Origin: Candidatus Adlerbacteria bacterium
Lineage (GTDB): Bacteria > Patescibacteriota > Minisyncoccia > Phycocordibacterales > SBAW01
DNA: 64,000 nucleotides
Direction of reading: 5' to 3'
Assembly (NCBI GenBank): GCA_026397405.1
Contig: JAPLUW010000001.1
Location: 107,138 to 171,137 of the forward strand
This document shows positions 49,242-62,954 of this stretch, one piece after another. Each line of letters begins with the position of its first letter. Positions within the stretch are counted from its first letter, which is position 1. A program made the translations under genes and the position numbers. The notes under the pieces are model-generated. The model worked only from the letters and a program-made list of their open reading frames with translations. It was not told the origin of the DNA and searched no databases.

Positions 49242-49243
49242 AA

Positions 49244-50572
49244 TTATTTATTGATTCCCGAACGCATCAAAAAGCGCCCAACACCCGACTCGGTTTTAAG
49301 CCCAAGTGCCAATAGGAAGGTGCGCGAAATAATAATTGCCGAAAGTAGAGAAATGATAACACCAAGCCCAAACACAAGTGCAAAGCCTTTGATAACAGAC
49401 GTTCCCATCCAAAACAAAATAACAGCAACAATAACGTGCGCAATGTTTGAGTCCCGTATTGCACTCCACGCACGTGAAAAACCGTGACGTATCGCCACTT
49501 CGGCTTTTTCACCGTCGGCGATTTCTTCTTTTATGCGCTCTGCAATAAGCACGTTTGCATCAACCGCCAAACCAACCGAAAGGATAAACCCTGCTAACCC
49601 TGCCGCAGTAAGTACTACAGGAATAAGTTTAAAAAGCGCGAGCATCAAAAGCGAATAAATTACCAGAGACACAACCGCCACCAACCCTGGCAAGCGATAC
49701 CAAAGAATCATAAAAATCGACAAAATAAGAAACCCGAGCAAGCCCGCGATAACGCCCGCATGAGCGGCCTGGTCGCCAAGTACAGCACCAATTGACTGCG
49801 TACTGTCGAGCGTAATAGGCACTGGCAAGGCACCAAGGTTTAAGTTGGTTGCAAGTTCCTTTGCCGCCTCGGCGGTAAAGCTGCCTGAAATGACTGCACT
49901 GCCATCACTAATTTTTTCCTGAATAACCGGAAGCGAAAGGAGCTTGCCGTCTAAAAATATACCTAGTTCTCGGCCAACATTTTTGCCTGTAATGTCGGCA
50001 AACAACTGAGAACCTTCTGTATTAAACGTAACTTGCACCACAGGCGCAGTTGCGAGCGCACCGCTGCCGCCGTTACCAAACTGGAGCGCCGCAGTTGAGA
50101 TATATTTTCCTGTAAGTCCTGTGTCTTCAAATGCAGCCGGGTTGACTGTGCCGTCTGGCAATGTAGTGGACGCTTGTGCACCTTGTTTTAACAATCTAAA
50201 TTCGAGCGTCGGTGTCTGGCCTATCATTGCAACCGCCTGGTTTACGTCGGTCACACCGGGGAGTTCAACTATTAGACGGTATGCACCGGTACCGAGGGCG
50301 CCTGCCTGTTGGGTTTGTACGACCGGCTCGCCCACACCAAAGGCATTAACGCGGCGTTCAATGACCTGCTGCAAAGCAGACATCGAGTCGTTAATTTGTG
50401 CAGCTGGGACCTTGCTTGTGTCGGCGTTGTATACCAAGTGTGTACCGCCCGAAAGGTCGAGACCGAGCTTAAACGCAAAGCGGCTTTCCGGAACATTGGT
50501 CTTCCATACAAAAAACCCGACAGCCAGGGCGGCAACCAAAACTAGTACAGCGCTATAACGCATTGCAAACAT
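49244..50572 (-). CDS. secD: Protein translocase subunit SecD
   Basis: 442 aa with an N-terminal TM, a large periplasmic domain (LGLDLSGGTHLVY) and a C-terminal 5-TM bundle. Confidence 0.9.
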   Translation of the reverse strand: MFAMRYSAVLVLVAALAVGFFVWKTNVPESRFAFKLGLDLSGGTHLVYNADTSKVPAAQINDSMSALQQVIERRVNAFGVGEPVVQTQQAGALGTGAYRLIVELPGVTDVNQAVAMIGQTPTLEFRLLKQGAQASTTLPDGTVNPAAFEDTGLTGKYISTAALQFGNGGSGALATAPVVQVTFNTEGSQLFADITGKNVGRELGIFLDGKLLSLPVIQEKISDGSAVISGSFTAEAAKELATNLNLGALPVPITLDSTQSIGAVLGDQAAHAGVIAGLLGFLILSIFMILWYRLPGLVAVVSLVIYSLLMLALFKLIPVVLTAAGLAGFILSVGLAVDANVLIAERIKEEIADGEKAEVAIRHGFSRAWSAIRDSNIAHVIVAVILFWMGTSVIKGFALVFGLGVIISLLSAIIISRTFLLALGLKTESGVGRFLMRSGINK

Positions 50573-50590
50573 GCCTGTGAGGATACCAGA

Positions 50591-51403
50591 TTACACCTCG
50601 GACCGCAAAGGGGTCTTTTTGGCCAATGTAAGGAGGTTTTTAAAAATCATAGCAATGGCAATAGGGCCAATGCCGCCGGGGACCGGGGTAAAAAGAGACG
50701 CGACTTCAGCACATGCTGGGTCGGCATCGCCTTTTATGGTACCGCCCGACTCAGATGTCCCTGCGTCTAACACGGCTACTCCCGGCTTCAACATTTCTTT
50801 TTTCAAAATTCCTTCCTGCCCTGCCCCAAGTACCACGATGTCAGCATCAGCGACTGACGCGGCGAGGTCACCATTTTGACTTGTAACTACTGTCACATTT
50901 GCACCCTCTTGTGTAAACCACGCCGCAGCAGGCGCACCAACCAACTTCCCTGCCCCAACGACTGTTACTTTTTTTCCTGCACCCTCAATAAAGTTACGCA
51001 CAAGGATTTCTTTAAGAGCGCCAACAACCGGTGTAAGTACAAGCATTCTGGAGCGTTCTCCCATGGCATCGACATCTTTTTCAATAGGCACAGCTGCAAG
51101 CACACGTTCTGCATCAATAGTTTTTGAAAGCGGCATCTGCACCAACATAGCATCACTTTTTTCTGCAATTTCGCGTACAGCCACAAGAGCATCTTCTGTT
51201 GTTGCATCAGTAGGTAACGCAAACTCCACAACTTGCACACCAAGCTCGCGCGCAGTCTTTGCTTTTAGGTCAACAAATTTCTTTGCGAGCAAGTCCTCAC
51301 CAGAGCGGACAAAGCCTAAAGTTACTGGCTTCCCCAGTTTTGCAAAGTCACTCTTCAACCCCTCGCGGATTTCTCGCGCTATGTTCTTACCGTCTATAAC
51401 CAT
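50591..51403 (-). CDS. folD: Bifunctional methylenetetrahydrofolate dehydrogenase/cyclohydrolase
   Basis: IDGKNIAREIREGLK ... TPVVGALKEILVRN... characteristic FolD sequence; 270 aa. Confidence 0.9.
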   Translation of the reverse strand: MVIDGKNIAREIREGLKSDFAKLGKPVTLGFVRSGEDLLAKKFVDLKAKTARELGVQVVEFALPTDATTEDALVAVREIAEKSDAMLVQMPLSKTIDAERVLAAVPIEKDVDAMGERSRMLVLTPVVGALKEILVRNFIEGAGKKVTVVGAGKLVGAPAAAWFTQEGANVTVVTSQNGDLAASVADADIVVLGAGQEGILKKEMLKPGVAVLDAGTSESGGTIKGDADPACAEVASLFTPVPGGIGPIAIAMIFKNLLTLAKKTPLRSEV

Positions 51404-51405
51404 GA

Positions 51406-52479
51406 CTATTTATGTCGTCTGTTTTCTGCCGGGACAAAGTTTTCATACTTTCCGTTGGTGTAGTAAAACGCATCAAGAGACGGTGCGGAATATTCAAAGC
51501 CATATTCGCGTGTAAGTTTTTCACCCGAGACCGCAATTGGGTACGAATAGCTCTTCCACCCACCCTTACTTGTTGGCACACGGCCGCGAGTGCCATGCCA
51601 CATCCAGAAAAATACAAAACGAATAAGTTGCGGATGTACATATATAACCTTCTTCCCGACTGCCTTTGCCATGTCGGGCGCACGGACAACATCGCCCGGC
51701 GGGCAAATGTTAAACGCATCATACTGTTTTTTAAGCGGAGAAAATGCAAGAAGCTCAACAATACGCACAACGTCGTCTTCGTGGATAAACTGGCGCAACC
51801 ACGTGTGAGTTGCTGGCACAAACGACACCATCAAAGAAATTAGTTTGTGTACGAATGACTGTTTTAGTTGGCCCGACAACGCAGCCTGCAGGCCAAACCG
51901 TATGCGCATGTAGCGGCCACGCGGGCCGGTAATTGCCGCAGGGCGAACTATCGCCACCTCTATATTTCTCCCACGCTCCTTTGCTGCTTCAAATTTTTCT
52001 TCCAGATGCTGCTCAACTATGCGCTTTTCTTCAGCATATAAATAGTCACTCTTCCGGAACCCCTCCTCTTCTTTGTAGCGATGGTCTACTGAATTTGTTT
52101 TTTCTGCGCCATACGAAGCGACGGTCGAAAAATGTACGAGGCGCGTTACAAACGAATGTTCAAAACAAAAATCGAACACGCGGTCGGAACCGTCGACGTT
52201 CCACTGCCACTGTTTTTCTTTTTCGCCATACATCTCGCGAATCTGCCACGCACTGTGTATGACAATGTCGGGTTTATAGGCAACAACTTGTTCTTCCCAC
52301 CCAACATCTGAAAGATTGCTTTGAATGTATACAAGCTTCGACTCACCTGAAATTATTTCTGGCAGGGGCTCTTTATCGATACCAATTATTTTCTCGACAT
52401 CACCGCGCTGTGCAAATTGTTGCACAAGCATTGTGCCAACATATCCAGCCGCCCCTGTTATAAGTAGTGTGTGCTTCAT
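51406..52479 (-). CDS. SDR-family NAD-dependent epimerase/dehydratase
   Basis: LLITGAAGYVGTML Rossmann motif; 357 aa. Confidence 0.7.
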   Translation of the reverse strand: MKHTLLITGAAGYVGTMLVQQFAQRGDVEKIIGIDKEPLPEIISGESKLVYIQSNLSDVGWEEQVVAYKPDIVIHSAWQIREMYGEKEKQWQWNVDGSDRVFDFCFEHSFVTRLVHFSTVASYGAEKTNSVDHRYKEEEGFRKSDYLYAEEKRIVEQHLEEKFEAAKERGRNIEVAIVRPAAITGPRGRYMRIRFGLQAALSGQLKQSFVHKLISLMVSFVPATHTWLRQFIHEDDVVRIVELLAFSPLKKQYDAFNICPPGDVVRAPDMAKAVGKKVIYVHPQLIRFVFFWMWHGTRGRVPTSKGGWKSYSYPIAVSGEKLTREYGFEYSAPSLDAFYYTNGKYENFVPAENRRHK

Positions 52480-52489
52480 ACTGTGTAGT

Positions 52490-53884
52490 CTACCAAGAGC
52501 TGACGCGGAAAAACATCCGCTTTACGGTCTTGAGCGCAATAACCAAGTCGAGCCCAAGCGAGCGATGCTTAATATAGTAAAAGTCGTATGCAAGACGAGT
52601 CTTTGTTTCTTCAACCGACTGCGGGCTGACATTCCCCGCTTCGTACCGCTGGTTAATTTGTGCCCACCCGGTGATACCCGGTTTTACCGCATAGCGCACA
52701 GAGTAGTACGGAATTTCTTCATCTAGTCGTTTCCCCAAACCTTCGATGTCGTTGCGCGGCCCCATAAGCGAAAGTTCGCCTTTCAAAATATTTAAGAATT
52801 GTGGGAACTCGTCGAGCGATGTTTTGCGGAGTATATTCCCCACACGCGTAACAGGGTTTGTTGCTTTCTCTTCCGTGGTCCATTCACTCGAGGCTGACTT
52901 GTTGACGCGCATACTGCGAAATTTGTATGCACGCATGCGTGTGCCACCCTGACCCAAACGTGTCTGGGCGATAAACACCTCACCCGGGCCTTCAAGGCGC
53001 ATAACTACAAAAAGAAACGGGGTGACGATAATTGTCACGAGGCCCATCAACAGCCCGCCGACAATATCCACCACGCGTTTTGTTGCGGTATAAAAATTAA
53101 ATCGAGGAGGTGTGACATTTTTTAAAAACCAATCGTACCGCAACAGTGACAGTGGCACACGGTCAAACACTTCTTCGTACAAGGCATAAAAATCGACATA
53201 CTGATACCGACGCTGTGCAACAGTAAGATTGTATATGCGTGGCAGGAGTGTGCGCACCGAGTCATGCTCGCCGTCGACAACAAGTAGCGACACATGTTCC
53301 TCGTCGAGCTTTTTTACAAACGCGCCAAAGTCACCCGTGCGCAACTCGGCTGGGTCTGCAACCACGCGAAATTCTATATGGTAGCGAGAATTATTATTTA
53401 CTTCCGCGAGCAGCTCTTCCACCTCGGGGCCCGAACCTATAAGCACCGCGCGTTCACGGACACTCGGCTTAGTGAGTTTTGGCACAAGTGCCAAGCGCCA
53501 GAGAAAAATTAAAAAGAGTGAGATGCCTAAATAAATTGCCAAATTTGTCTTGGGCGCAATACCAATTTGTGGAAGCGAAAAAAACAACAACGCCGCGAGG
53601 ACAATGTTAAAAATCTGTGTACGCAAAAGAATCTGCGGCAGCGCACTGCGGAACAAAAGCACCTGTTTACTGTAGAGCCCCGCCATATAAAACACCAACA
53701 CCCAAACTAAAAACAAAAAACCAAACGACCCTGCATAGGGGGCCCAAATTTCGTACGGGGGTATCTCCCGGTAGCGCAACGCTAGCGTCAGCCACAACGA
53801 AAAAACAAAAACCGCGAGGTCCCCTGCAAACAGCAGCGTTAGGGCATATCTTCGACCGAAAGTCATTGTGGTAAGGTATACCAT
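52490..53884 (-). CDS. Polyprenyl-phosphate glycosyl-1-phosphate transferase (WbaP/WcaJ-like bacterial sugar transferase; priming enzyme)
   Basis: N-terminal TM helices plus a C-terminal Bac_transf domain (KFRSMRVN...LDEFPQFLNILKGELSLMGPRN). Confidence 0.85.
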   Translation of the reverse strand: MVYLTTMTFGRRYALTLLFAGDLAVFVFSLWLTLALRYREIPPYEIWAPYAGSFGFLFLVWVLVFYMAGLYSKQVLLFRSALPQILLRTQIFNIVLAALLFFSLPQIGIAPKTNLAIYLGISLFLIFLWRLALVPKLTKPSVRERAVLIGSGPEVEELLAEVNNNSRYHIEFRVVADPAELRTGDFGAFVKKLDEEHVSLLVVDGEHDSVRTLLPRIYNLTVAQRRYQYVDFYALYEEVFDRVPLSLLRYDWFLKNVTPPRFNFYTATKRVVDIVGGLLMGLVTIIVTPFLFVVMRLEGPGEVFIAQTRLGQGGTRMRAYKFRSMRVNKSASSEWTTEEKATNPVTRVGNILRKTSLDEFPQFLNILKGELSLMGPRNDIEGLGKRLDEEIPYYSVRYAVKPGITGWAQINQRYEAGNVSPQSVEETKTRLAYDFYYIKHRSLGLDLVIALKTVKRMFFRVSSW

Positions 53885-53935
53885 ATAACCTTCTATAGTC
53901 TAGGAGAGTTTCAGTAAGAACACGTTCAATTTTTC

Positions 53936-54904
53936 ATGAAAATCCTATACGCCATAACGAAATCTAACTGGGGTGGCGCACAACGCTATGTCTTTGATAT
54001 GGCCGTAGCTGCCAAAAAAGCAGGGTTTGATGTGGCAGTTGCCTATGGCGGCACGGGCACGCTAAAAGACCGGCTGGACGCGGAGCACATTCGCACTATT
54101 TCGCTTGATATACAAAACGAAGCATCGCTCGGCGCGATTCTAAAAACAAAAAATATACTGCAAACGGTCTTCGTGCAGGAACACCCAGATGTTGTGCACT
54201 TAAATAGTTCCCTTGTTGGAATTAGTGGCGCGTGGGCTGCGCGCGCAACAGGCATACAGAAAGTCATCTTTACCGACCATGGATGGATGTTTAAAGAGGC
54301 TCGTTCATTCCCTATCCGCGTCATTACGTGGATTATTTCGTGGGCAACCGCATTACTTGTCGACCGTGTCATTGCAGTTTCTGACGACGAATTGAGGCTT
54401 ACCCAACACATGCCCTTCTGTGCAAAAAAAGCAGTACGTATATACAACGGCATTGACCTCAATATGCCGTTTGGTTCGGGCGAGCGCATTCGTTCTGCAT
54501 TTCCTGCCGGCGCAAAAATTACCGGTACCGTTGGCGAGCTTAATAAAAATAAAAATCAGATCGCGCTTATTGAACAAGCAAAAAACAACCCTGACATGTA
54601 CGTAGCCATTGTTGGCGAAGGAGAATTGCGACTCTTTCTGGAAAATAAAATTAAAGAATACAAACTCGAAGACCAAGTTAAACTTTTTGGCTTTGTGCCT
54701 GCGGCAGAAGCGATGAAAGGCTTTGATGTATTTGCACTACCTTCAATAAAAGAATCTTTAGGTTACGTGATACTAGAAGCACGAGCCGCTGGCCTCCCTA
54801 TTATTGCCAACCGCGTCGGCGGCGTTGGCGAAGCACTCGACTTACCTCTTGAAGAATTTTCAAAAGAAAAAATGGTCGAAAAAACCATTGCCCTGTATAG
54901 GTAA
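53936..54904 (+). CDS. Glycosyltransferase family 4
   Basis: MKILYAITKSNWGGAQRYV N-terminus and ESLGYVILEARAAGLPIIAN. Confidence 0.8.
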   Translation: MKILYAITKSNWGGAQRYVFDMAVAAKKAGFDVAVAYGGTGTLKDRLDAEHIRTISLDIQNEASLGAILKTKNILQTVFVQEHPDVVHLNSSLVGISGAWAARATGIQKVIFTDHGWMFKEARSFPIRVITWIISWATALLVDRVIAVSDDELRLTQHMPFCAKKAVRIYNGIDLNMPFGSGERIRSAFPAGAKITGTVGELNKNKNQIALIEQAKNNPDMYVAIVGEGELRLFLENKIKEYKLEDQVKLFGFVPAAEAMKGFDVFALPSIKESLGYVILEARAAGLPIIANRVGGVGEALDLPLEEFSKEKMVEKTIALYR

Positions 54905-56062
54905 TTACCTATCGTAGCCGCCGCTAAATTCGCGGTCGAGCATGTCGCGGTGCGCGGCACGGGCGTAGCGGCGCATGCCCGACAGCATGCCGAGTGCTAA
55001 AAATTCACCCAACATATGTGAGCCCCCGTAGCTCATAAAGGGAATGGTGGTACCCGTCACAGGCAAAATGCCTAGGTTGATACCCGCATGGAGCGTAAAG
55101 TGTGCGGCCAGGTAACACAGCACGCCGAGCGCAAATAGCGTTTCAAAATTGGTAGCACCGCGCGCCGCTGTTTGTATAATGCGCCAAAATAAAATCCCAA
55201 ACAGTAAAAAAACAAACAAAATACCAACAAACCCCCACTCTTCGGCAAACGCAGCAAAAATAAAGTCGGTCTGATACTCGGGCAAAAAGCGCAATTTACT
55301 TTGCGTGCCGTAGCCAATGCCTTTGCCAAACAATTCGCCCGAACCAACAGCAACCATCGACTGGTAGGCGTTGTATCCCGTACCCTGGACGTCTCGCGCA
55401 GGATGCACAAAGTTTAAAATACGCTGCTTTTGGTAGTCGTGGAAACCAAATAACCACAACCCCGCAAACAGAGTGAGCCCAAGCAACACCACGGTCGCAA
55501 CATGTTTTTTTGAAATACCAGAAAAAAATACCATGCCAAACCACACCAAAAATATAATAATCGCGCCGCCAAAGTCCGGCTGGAGCGCAACCAAAAAAAA
55601 TACAAATGCGGCATAAAAACCCGACACAATAACGTGCCGTATGTTATGTATTTCGATATGCCGGCGCGAAAAGTATTTTGCAAGCGCAATAATAAGCGCG
55701 AGTTTTACAAATTCGACCGGCTCAATACCCAGACCCCCAAAAGCTATCCAGCTCTTTGCCCCTTTGACCGCGCGGCCGAGTACAAGCAGTAACAACAGCG
55801 GAACGATAAGAAGGCCGTAGATACTTGCCGCAACTCCACTACGCCGTAAAAAACGCCAGTCAATAAAACTCGCGCCAAAAAATACTAACGTGCCTAAGCC
55901 CAACCAAACAAGTTGCCGAATAAAAAGAGGGTCTTGGCCTGTAAATGAGTTCATCGTCAACAAGCCGAGTGCCGACAAAGTCACAGCACAGGAAAAAATC
56001 ACCCAGTCTATCGAGCGGATCTTTTTTAACCAGCCTGCAGAGACAAACATACCCAAAAACAT
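54905..56062 (-). CDS. ftsW: FtsW/RodA/SpoVE-family peptidoglycan glycosyltransferase
   Basis: 10-TM SEDS protein with conserved motifs (PEFAKLALII..., GGSHMLGEF); 385 aa. Confidence 0.85.
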   Translation of the reverse strand: MFLGMFVSAGWLKKIRSIDWVIFSCAVTLSALGLLTMNSFTGQDPLFIRQLVWLGLGTLVFFGASFIDWRFLRRSGVAASIYGLLIVPLLLLLVLGRAVKGAKSWIAFGGLGIEPVEFVKLALIIALAKYFSRRHIEIHNIRHVIVSGFYAAFVFFLVALQPDFGGAIIIFLVWFGMVFFSGISKKHVATVVLLGLTLFAGLWLFGFHDYQKQRILNFVHPARDVQGTGYNAYQSMVAVGSGELFGKGIGYGTQSKLRFLPEYQTDFIFAAFAEEWGFVGILFVFLLFGILFWRIIQTAARGATNFETLFALGVLCYLAAHFTLHAGINLGILPVTGTTIPFMSYGGSHMLGEFLALGMLSGMRRYARAAHRDMLDREFSGGYDR

Positions 56063-56068
56063 AGAAAA

Positions 56069-56824
56069 TTAAAACGAAGGGAGCAGCGTAATTTCAGCAC
56101 GAAGCGCGTTTGGGTTACCAAGCGGCCAGGTAAAAACAACTTGCTGCTGCGACCGGTGGGCTAACATGGGGACAATACTTTTTGATGCCGCGAGCGCGAT
56201 ACCCCGCGAGTCGAACAACACTCCTGCTACCGCAAGGTTTGTAACGTCAGCTGTTGTGTCGTTTTGCAGAGTAAACGAAAGGCGCGTACCGTCGGACGCA
56301 AGCACTTGGTTTGTGATTTGAACGTTTGGAAGTGCTGCTTTTGGTACGGTGTACCACGCAGGCAAACTTGAAAACGCAAACAACGCGTGCGTTACCGTCC
56401 TGTTACCCACAGGAACATTCGACTCAACAATGGGGATGGTTGCAATGGGAGGCAATTCAGCCACGCCGTCACGTTCGACAACAAGCTGGTTGTCGGCGTC
56501 AAACAATTGGAACGAGTACACTACTCCGTGGGCGCCAGCACCTGCATTTGGATTACGCACATATGCCGCTGCCACGTAGGTGCTCGACGCAACGCGAAAT
56601 GCACGGGCCCACGAGACGAGGGGTTCGTGTGTTTGGTTTTGGCATAACAAAGCGCACGTGCCGCCGCAGTCTATACCTATTTCTGTGCCATCTTGTTTTG
56701 CATTAAAGCAGGTGGCAGGTGTAGAAAAAAATGTTGCCCATACAACCCAACCAAGTAACAATAAAATAAAAATCGCCGCTGCCGAATACGTATACCGCCT
56801 CCTGTCGCTCCACGAAAGTGCCAT
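56069..56824 (-). CDS. Hypothetical signal-anchored extracytoplasmic protein
   Basis: Start trimmed to MALSWSDRRRYTYSAAAIFILLLLGWVVWATFF (ATG 56824), which removes the overlap with the upstream gene. No recognised domain. Confidence 0.45.
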   Translation of the reverse strand: MALSWSDRRRYTYSAAAIFILLLLGWVVWATFFSTPATCFNAKQDGTEIGIDCGGTCALLCQNQTHEPLVSWARAFRVASSTYVAAAYVRNPNAGAGAHGVVYSFQLFDADNQLVVERDGVAELPPIATIPIVESNVPVGNRTVTHALFAFSSLPAWYTVPKAALPNVQITNQVLASDGTRLSFTLQNDTTADVTNLAVAGVLFDSRGIALAASKSIVPMLAHRSQQQVVFTWPLGNPNALRAEITLLPSF

Positions 56825-56891
56825 TACATCATTGTAGCAAAAAAGAAACCCCACCGACACAAAGGAAGGTGGGGTCGTTCTCGCGACAATG

Positions 56892-57491
56892 TTACATAGT
56901 TGGTCTATTGAGAGCCTCTTCATGCATCCGAACAAGCCTGTTTAAATCATAGCGCTCGACTACGAAACCATCTTCCGAAAGAGGATTATCGCCTTCGAGC
57001 TCAGGCCTGACACTTTCGATGAGAAAGTCTCCCGGGGTGTTAATCTCCTGCATCCACAAGGTGCAGTTACTGCAGCAGCAGAGCACCTTGCGTTCGAGAC
57101 CCGTAACGTCGTCGGGCTGATTATGTGTGCTGTACGTCAGCATTCCGATAGGAATGAGCCGGCGTCGCAGACACTGCAGAACGGCGTACTTCTCAGCACA
57201 CGGCTTGAAGTGCCTTTTCTCCTCGTCCGACAACCGGCGAGGCGTATTGTTCCATCCGACCGAGTTCGTATCGAAGTGGCCGTAACCGTCGTGCCCAAGA
57301 ACACAGCAACCAATCTTGGCAGGCTTCTCCGGACGCCAGTTGATACCGTTCTTCTGAGCATGTGATGCCCGAATAATGAGCTCTGGCTGAAATTTACGAA
57401 AGGCGTTTTGCCGTTCGAGAAGTGTGAGTCGCTTGCCGCCAAGTGCGGACATGAGTGTGCGGACGTGCTCCCGCGAAGGTTGATCGAGCAT
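56892..57491 (-). CDS. Hypothetical Cys/His-rich protein
   Basis: 199-aa ORF with HAQ...PCAEKYAVLQC and CCCSNC clusters. It is locally GC-rich. Confidence 0.4.
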   Translation of the reverse strand: MLDQPSREHVRTLMSALGGKRLTLLERQNAFRKFQPELIIRASHAQKNGINWRPEKPAKIGCCVLGHDGYGHFDTNSVGWNNTPRRLSDEEKRHFKPCAEKYAVLQCLRRRLIPIGMLTYSTHNQPDDVTGLERKVLCCCSNCTLWMQEINTPGDFLIESVRPELEGDNPLSEDGFVVERYDLNRLVRMHEEALNRPTM

Positions 57492-57560
57492 TCATTATCC
57501 CCGTATGTCGTTTGGTTCAGTTCCAAAAATACTATATAAATAATATTCAAATATGTCAAA

Positions 57561-57587
57561 CACCAAAAACCCTTACAATATAAGGGT
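57561..57587 (-). terminator. Rho-independent terminator downstream of the 5S rRNA
   Basis: aaccctta-caata-taagggtt hairpin. On the minus strand it is followed by TTTTTGGTG. Confidence 0.6.
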
Positions 57588-57615
57588 TAAATTTGGAAAG
57601 GAGATTCAGTTCTTA

Positions 57616-57730
57616 GTCCTGGCGACTACCTACTCTCGCGGCCGGTAAAGGCCACTACCATCGGCGCAAATGAGCTTAACTTCCGTGTTCGGAATGAGAA
57701 CGGGTGTGACCCCATCGCCAAGTCACCAAG
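57616..57730 (-). rRNA. rrf: 5S ribosomal RNA
   Basis: Reverse complement reads CTTGGTGACTTGGCGATGGGGTCACACCCGTTCTCATTCCGAACACGGAAGTTAAGC...GTAGTCGCCAGG, about 115 nt, 3' of the 23S. Confidence 0.9.
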
Positions 57731-57851
57731 ACAAAAAACTTAATCGGTAAGAAAGGACACCCTGGACCTGCTGGTCCGAGTGTATCGCGTCCCTTCGGAC
57801 GCTCAACAACAAATTATTGCGATTCTCAAGCAGACCCTTTTCTCCCCCCTT

Positions 57852-61158
<3,307 letters not shown>

Positions 61159-61485
61159 TGTGAGAGAGAAAAGGAAGCTTGAGAACCGCAATAATTTGTT
61201 GTTTATGTTTTTTCTTACCTCCACTTGCACTCCTCGAAAAGACCCACTTGGAAAGTGGTGTGCAGTGGGATTTGATTGTCAAAGAATCTCGAACCTGCAG
61301 ATAATTTTCCAACAAAAAAGCCGCTTTTGAAGCGGCGGCGAGCCACACTGGCTTACCGTCCTCCTCTAGGTTAGCTGTAAAGTGGTTAACATATCTGTAC
61401 AGGAGAGTATATAGGAGTGGTCTATACGTGTCAAATCTATGAAGACCGGTGGTTGTTGGGGTTAAAAGCCCTTATCCTACATAAC

Positions 61486-61515
61486 AAAAACCGCCCCTAA
61501 AAAGGGCGGTTTTTG
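61486..61515 (-). terminator. Rho-independent terminator downstream of the membrane-protein gene at 61536-62225
   Basis: ccgccc-ctaaaaag-gggcgg stem-loop flanked by A-run and T-run. Confidence 0.6.
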
Positions 61516-61535
61516 GGTGCTTTTTCTAGAACAAA

Positions 61536-62225
61536 CTAGTGTCCCTTGTGCATCCCTTCGCGGGTCTTTTCGATAAAGCGAGCAGCAGCCTCCTGGCCAC
61601 CCAAGCCGAACGAAAGTCCGAATGCGAGTGCAAGCGCAACAACAACTCCGGTAAAGAGTGTCTGCAAGATTCCTTGCGCAATCTGCAACTGTTCAAGTGC
61701 GGCGAGGATTGCAAAAATCCAAATTGCCCACTTTGCAACTGTGCCAGCAAAACCAGCGGCAGTGATGCCTGCAGCACGTGCCGCACCGACAACAACTCCC
61801 TGCACAACTTCAGCAAGTACTGCAGCTGCCAAAAGAATGAGAACTGCGATGATTACGTTTGGAAGGAAGTTTACAACAATCGACTGCAAGAAGTAGGTCA
61901 CTGCAACAAGGCCAAGCACCTGGAGCGACGCCATCAAGAACACCAAAATGACAAACCATTTTACGAGCGTTCCCAAAAAGACACCTGAGTTAAGTTGGTA
62001 GCCTGCGCGGGTAACAACATCGCCAACACCTGCAGTGCGGAGCGCGTGGTCAACCTTGAGAGCTTTAACTGCTTCTGTGATAAGCCAGCCTATCCAGCCT
62101 GCCAAGAACCATCCAATGACAAAAATAATAATGGCGAACAGAAGGTTCGGAAGGAAATTCACAACATTCCAGAGCAGATTATAAAAAGACTGCTGAAGAA
62201 CGTAACCCCATTGCTGAACTATCAT
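61536..62225 (-). CDS. Membrane protein with tandem conserved TM-helix repeats (mechanosensitive-channel-associated TM_helix family-like)
   Basis: 229 aa with an internally duplicated motif (NFLPNLLFAIIIFVIGWFLAGW... / NFLPNVIIAVLILLAAAVLAEV...). Confidence 0.5.
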   Translation of the reverse strand: MIVQQWGYVLQQSFYNLLWNVVNFLPNLLFAIIIFVIGWFLAGWIGWLITEAVKALKVDHALRTAGVGDVVTRAGYQLNSGVFLGTLVKWFVILVFLMASLQVLGLVAVTYFLQSIVVNFLPNVIIAVLILLAAAVLAEVVQGVVVGAARAAGITAAGFAGTVAKWAIWIFAILAALEQLQIAQGILQTLFTGVVVALALAFGLSFGLGGQEAAARFIEKTREGMHKGH

Positions 62226-62344
62226 GATATTAAATAGGTGAACAAATAATGATTAATTGCGACACCCCTATTGTAACAAGCCCTGGGGTTATAGCGAGGA
62301 GCAAAAAAGCCCCCTGGGGATATCAAAACCATGCTGTTTTTAGC

Positions 62345-62923
62345 CTATTTAAGTCCTATATTAAGCTTGTCGAGCACAATTTTGTGTGGGTAGTCGAGTA
62401 CGTCGCGGATAAGTTTATCGTTTAAGTTGATACGGTAAAAAAAGTCTTCGGTGGAAAGCAGCGTGTAGCGGATCTCTTTCCCAATTTCGGCTTCAAGTTT
62501 GCGTGTTTCTTCACGTAAGTTTTTTTCCTTAACGCGGTCGCCCACAACCAACAGGTCAAGCGAGCCGTCCCACTCCCCCAGAAACATACCCGACAATACG
62601 ACAAACTTTAACGTCCCTACACGGCGGATCCTTGCGACAATATCTTTCCCGCGCGCCGGTGCATTTAGCAAAAGGTCTTGGAGCGCGGCGACATATTCAA
62701 ATTCTGCATTGAGCCCATAGCGGACACCTTTGCCGCGCGGTGTGCGCACGATAAGTTCGGCGCGTAAAAAAAGAGCAAGCTCGCGACGCGACTCATCTTC
62801 CCCAACACGCGCACGCTTTGTAGCGTCAGCTAATGTAAACGACTGCTTGGGGTTAAACAAAAAAAGACGTAAAAGTTTTACACGAGCAGGGCTTCCAAAG
62901 AGTTTCTGTAATCCATCAGTCAT
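62345..62923 (-). CDS. Hypothetical protein with a predicted N-terminal winged-helix domain
   Basis: 192-aa ORF; the N-terminus SPARVKLLRLFLFNPKQSFTLADATKRARVG resembles a wHTH. No confident family assignment. Confidence 0.4.
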   Translation of the reverse strand: MTDGLQKLFGSPARVKLLRLFLFNPKQSFTLADATKRARVGEDESRRELALFLRAELIVRTPRGKGVRYGLNAEFEYVAALQDLLLNAPARGKDIVARIRRVGTLKFVVLSGMFLGEWDGSLDLLVVGDRVKEKNLREETRKLEAEIGKEIRYTLLSTEDFFYRINLNDKLIRDVLDYPHKIVLDKLNIGLK

Positions 62924-62954
62924 ACGGTAATTCAGTAGTGCTTAGCCATTCTAT

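Noticed and set aside
56892-57491. Cytidine/nucleotide deaminase assignment for the Cys/His-rich protein
   Set aside because: HAQ replaces the catalytic HxE, and the Cys spacing (PCx8C) does not fit PCxxC. It is left as hypothetical.
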